A stretch of DNA of 64,000 bases from a virus: IMG/VR virus record IMGVR_UViG_3300046694_000291, positions 1-64,000 of that record, one strand, 5' to 3'. Shown piece after piece: positions 61,942 through 64,000 of this stretch (its first letter is position 1; each line of letters opens with the position of its first letter). The translations under genes were made by a program, and so were the position numbers. Under the pieces are notes generated by a model. That model saw nothing but the letters and a program-made list of their open reading frames with translations. It was not told the origin of the DNA and searched no databases.

Positions 61942-63516
61942 GTGACGAGCTTCAGCGACGACTTCAACCGAGCCAACGGAGCCCCCGGAGCAAACTGGGT
62001 CGACGGAACCGGCCTGTGGACCATCGTCTCCAACCAGCTCAGCTCTGGATCAGCAGGCGGCACAATCGTCATCCGTGCCGCTACTGCGATGGCCACCAAC
62101 GACAACAGCGCCCAGATCACGATCCCTGCTACTGCGGCCCTCAGCCACGGCGTCTGGTGCCGGGGCAACACCGGTTTCACCCAGGGCTACCTGTGGCGCA
62201 ACGACGGCACCTCATGGAACCTCTTCAGCAACGTCGGCGGCTCGTTCACATCGATCGGGTCCTTTGCCGGAGCGGCCGTTGCAGGCGACATCGCCAAGGT
62301 GCAGGCCGTCGGCTCCACCATTAAAGGCTTCGTCAACGGTGTCGAGCGGGTCAGCGTTACGAATACTGCTGTCACGACCGGAACATCCGTTGGTCTCCGG
62401 GCAGAGTCGTCCAACTCTCTCCGGTTCGATGACTTCAGCGCGGCGGATGTCTCCAGCGGGACCACAGCCAACGCGGACGTGGCCGCTGCGACCGTCACCG
62501 GGTACGACGCCACGGGGGCGGTCTCCGGTCTGCCCGGACAGGCAGCGACGGCAGCGGACGCGGGTGCGGCCCCAGCCTCCATCGGAGCATTGGCCGGGCA
62601 AGCCGCTGGAGCCGCTGACGCCAGTGTCTCAGGAGCCTCCTCGGGAGCCCAGGCCGGGATCTCCGGGGCTGCGGCGGACGCCCTGGCCCCGTCGGCCGCC
62701 CTGACCGTCCTGCCTCCGGAGACGGCCGCTCAGGCCGTTTCTCCCGGAATCGGGAACACGGACGCTACGGTGCAGGGGACCGAGGTTGCCGTGGTCGGCT
62801 CCTCCGCCCTGGATTCCTCGGTCGCGCTCGGGGTGTCGGCCGGTGCTGTGACCGTGTCGGCCGACGCCTACGACGCCACCACGACCTCCGCCCCGATCGT
62901 CAATGCCAGCGCGGAGGCCGCAACAGCCGGAGCCGCCGCTCTCGACGCCTCGGCCGCCGTGTCCGCCTCGGCAGGGACGGCCGCCGGGACAGCGGACGGA
63001 CAGGACGCCGGAACGTCCGTCACGGTCCAGGGCACCGGGACAACGGCCGGGACAGCCGACGCCGGGCAGGGGACACCCCTGGTGGGGGCGGTTCCTCCGG
63101 CCGGGAGTGCCACTGCCGCCGTGGACAACGCACTCGCGGCCGTTACCGTCCTCGCCGAAGCAGCTCAGGTGGTCGCCTCGGCCTGGGACGTGTCCTTTTC
63201 CACGCACCTGGACGTGTCCGCCGGAGTGTCCCTGGTGTCCGCGTCCGCGTCCCCGGCACTGTCCGCCCACGGAGCTGTCCCCGGGACAGCAGGCGCGGTC
63301 GTCTCGGCCGGGGACATCAGTCTTCTGGAGCACGGCACGGACAGCCGGGAGCGTGTGTCCGGCACAGAGCCGGGTCCGGCGCGCGGCAGGGAGCCCGCCG
63401 CCTCGGCCGCCGGAACGGAACCGGGCGGGAGCAGGGGGCGGGCGCCGGTATCTTCGGTGCAGGGCGTCCGGCCGGTCGGCCGGGTCAGCGGAAGGGAACC
63501 GGGCAGTGGCCAGTGA
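61942..63516 (+). CDS. putative minor tail protein (lectin-like head, Ala/Ser/Thr-rich repeats)
   Basis: FSDDFNRA...FDDF domain followed by low-complexity repeats. Confidence 0.6.
   Translation: MTSFSDDFNRANGAPGANWVDGTGLWTIVSNQLSSGSAGGTIVIRAATAMATNDNSAQITIPATAALSHGVWCRGNTGFTQGYLWRNDGTSWNLFSNVGGSFTSIGSFAGAAVAGDIAKVQAVGSTIKGFVNGVERVSVTNTAVTTGTSVGLRAESSNSLRFDDFSAADVSSGTTANADVAAATVTGYDATGAVSGLPGQAATAADAGAAPASIGALAGQAAGAADASVSGASSGAQAGISGAAADALAPSAALTVLPPETAAQAVSPGIGNTDATVQGTEVAVVGSSALDSSVALGVSAGAVTVSADAYDATTTSAPIVNASAEAATAGAAALDASAAVSASAGTAAGTADGQDAGTSVTVQGTGTTAGTADAGQGTPLVGAVPPAGSATAAVDNALAAVTVLAEAAQVVASAWDVSFSTHLDVSAGVSLVSASASPALSAHGAVPGTAGAVVSAGDISLLEHGTDSRERVSGTEPGPARGREPAASAAGTEPGGSRGRAPVSSVQGVRPVGRVSGREPGSGQ
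62960..63370. repeat. second GGACA/TGTCC cloud
   Basis: More than a dozen copies inside the tail-gene 3' half. Confidence 0.6.
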
Positions 63517-63847
63517 CCGCATCACCATCGGGCCGTACGTCGTCGGGGAGAAACCGGCTCCGCTGGAGTACACCTTCCTGGACTCGGACGGCGTGCCGAT
63601 AGACCTCTCCGGTTACACAGCGAAGTTCATCGTGCGGCCGGTCGACAGCGACATCTCCGTCACCTACAACGCGACCGTCACGACCCCGGCCGCCGGGGAG
63701 GTGACCTACACCTGGGACGGAACGGAGTTCGCGGAGCAGGGCCCGCACTGGTCCGAGTTCTGGGTCGGCAACAGCACGAACCGCTTCGCGAGCCTGCGCC
63801 TGGAGTACTCGGTCAGGGCCTCGGTCGGCCCGGTTCCTGCTGTTTAA
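63506..63847 (+). CDS. BppU-like baseplate/tail domain protein
   Basis: LDSDGVPIDLSGYTAKF...GEVTYTW. Confidence 0.6.
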   Translation: MASDRITIGPYVVGEKPAPLEYTFLDSDGVPIDLSGYTAKFIVRPVDSDISVTYNATVTTPAAGEVTYTWDGTEFAEQGPHWSEFWVGNSTNRFASLRLEYSVRASVGPVPAV

Positions 63848-63874
63848 CTTATTCGGTCCGACGAATACACATAC

Positions 63875-64000
63875 GGTTCCGGAGAGCTACATTCCTTGAA
63901 ACTACCGGTCCGTAGCGTAACAACTTCCTCAGATTCCCTTCTGAGGAGCGAACTTCGAGGAGTGGCCCACTCGTACCACCCACTCCGAGTTCGCAGTCAC
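63875..64000. repeat. dispersed element, copy 5 (truncated by window end)
   Basis: CTACCGGTCCGTAG, TTCCCTTCTGAGGAGCGAAC, GAGTTCGCAGTC. Confidence 0.88.

Overview
A very GC-rich actinobacterial (Streptomyces-like) tailed phage or plasmid-phage segment. All protein calls come from reading motifs by eye, with no database search. Positions 1-30.6 kb are almost all leftward. They hold many small accessory genes, HU, WYL, a glycan-synthesis cluster (three GT2, an epimerase, a methyltransferase) split by a Streptomyces-plasmid-type conjugation module (TraB plus Spd-like genes), GH16, TerD, a ParB-like protein, RuvC (rightward), a PD-(D/E)XK exonuclease and an SF2 helicase. Positions 30.7-64 kb are rightward. 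They hold a fused primase-helicase-PolA replicase, a thymine-hypermodification cluster (ParB-like, amino acid:DNA transferase, PLP enzyme, P-loop kinase, TET/JBP), an Rpf-NlpC/P60-LysM enzyme, terminase, holin, portal, 2H/MuF/protease, two capsid proteins and tail genes. The non-coding layer is the most striking part. Two type II hammerhead ribozymes bracket one small ORF, and two tRNA-like elements with aberrant anticodon arms punctuate the same operon. A ~270-nt hairpin-dense candidate ncRNA precedes the terminase. There are also five dispersed copies of a ~184-bp fixed-spacing element, a TTTAnnTAAA operator, a GACCAMGGA start-associated motif, GGACA clouds inside coding sequence, and a dual-coding overlap. 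No integrase or CRISPR array is visible.
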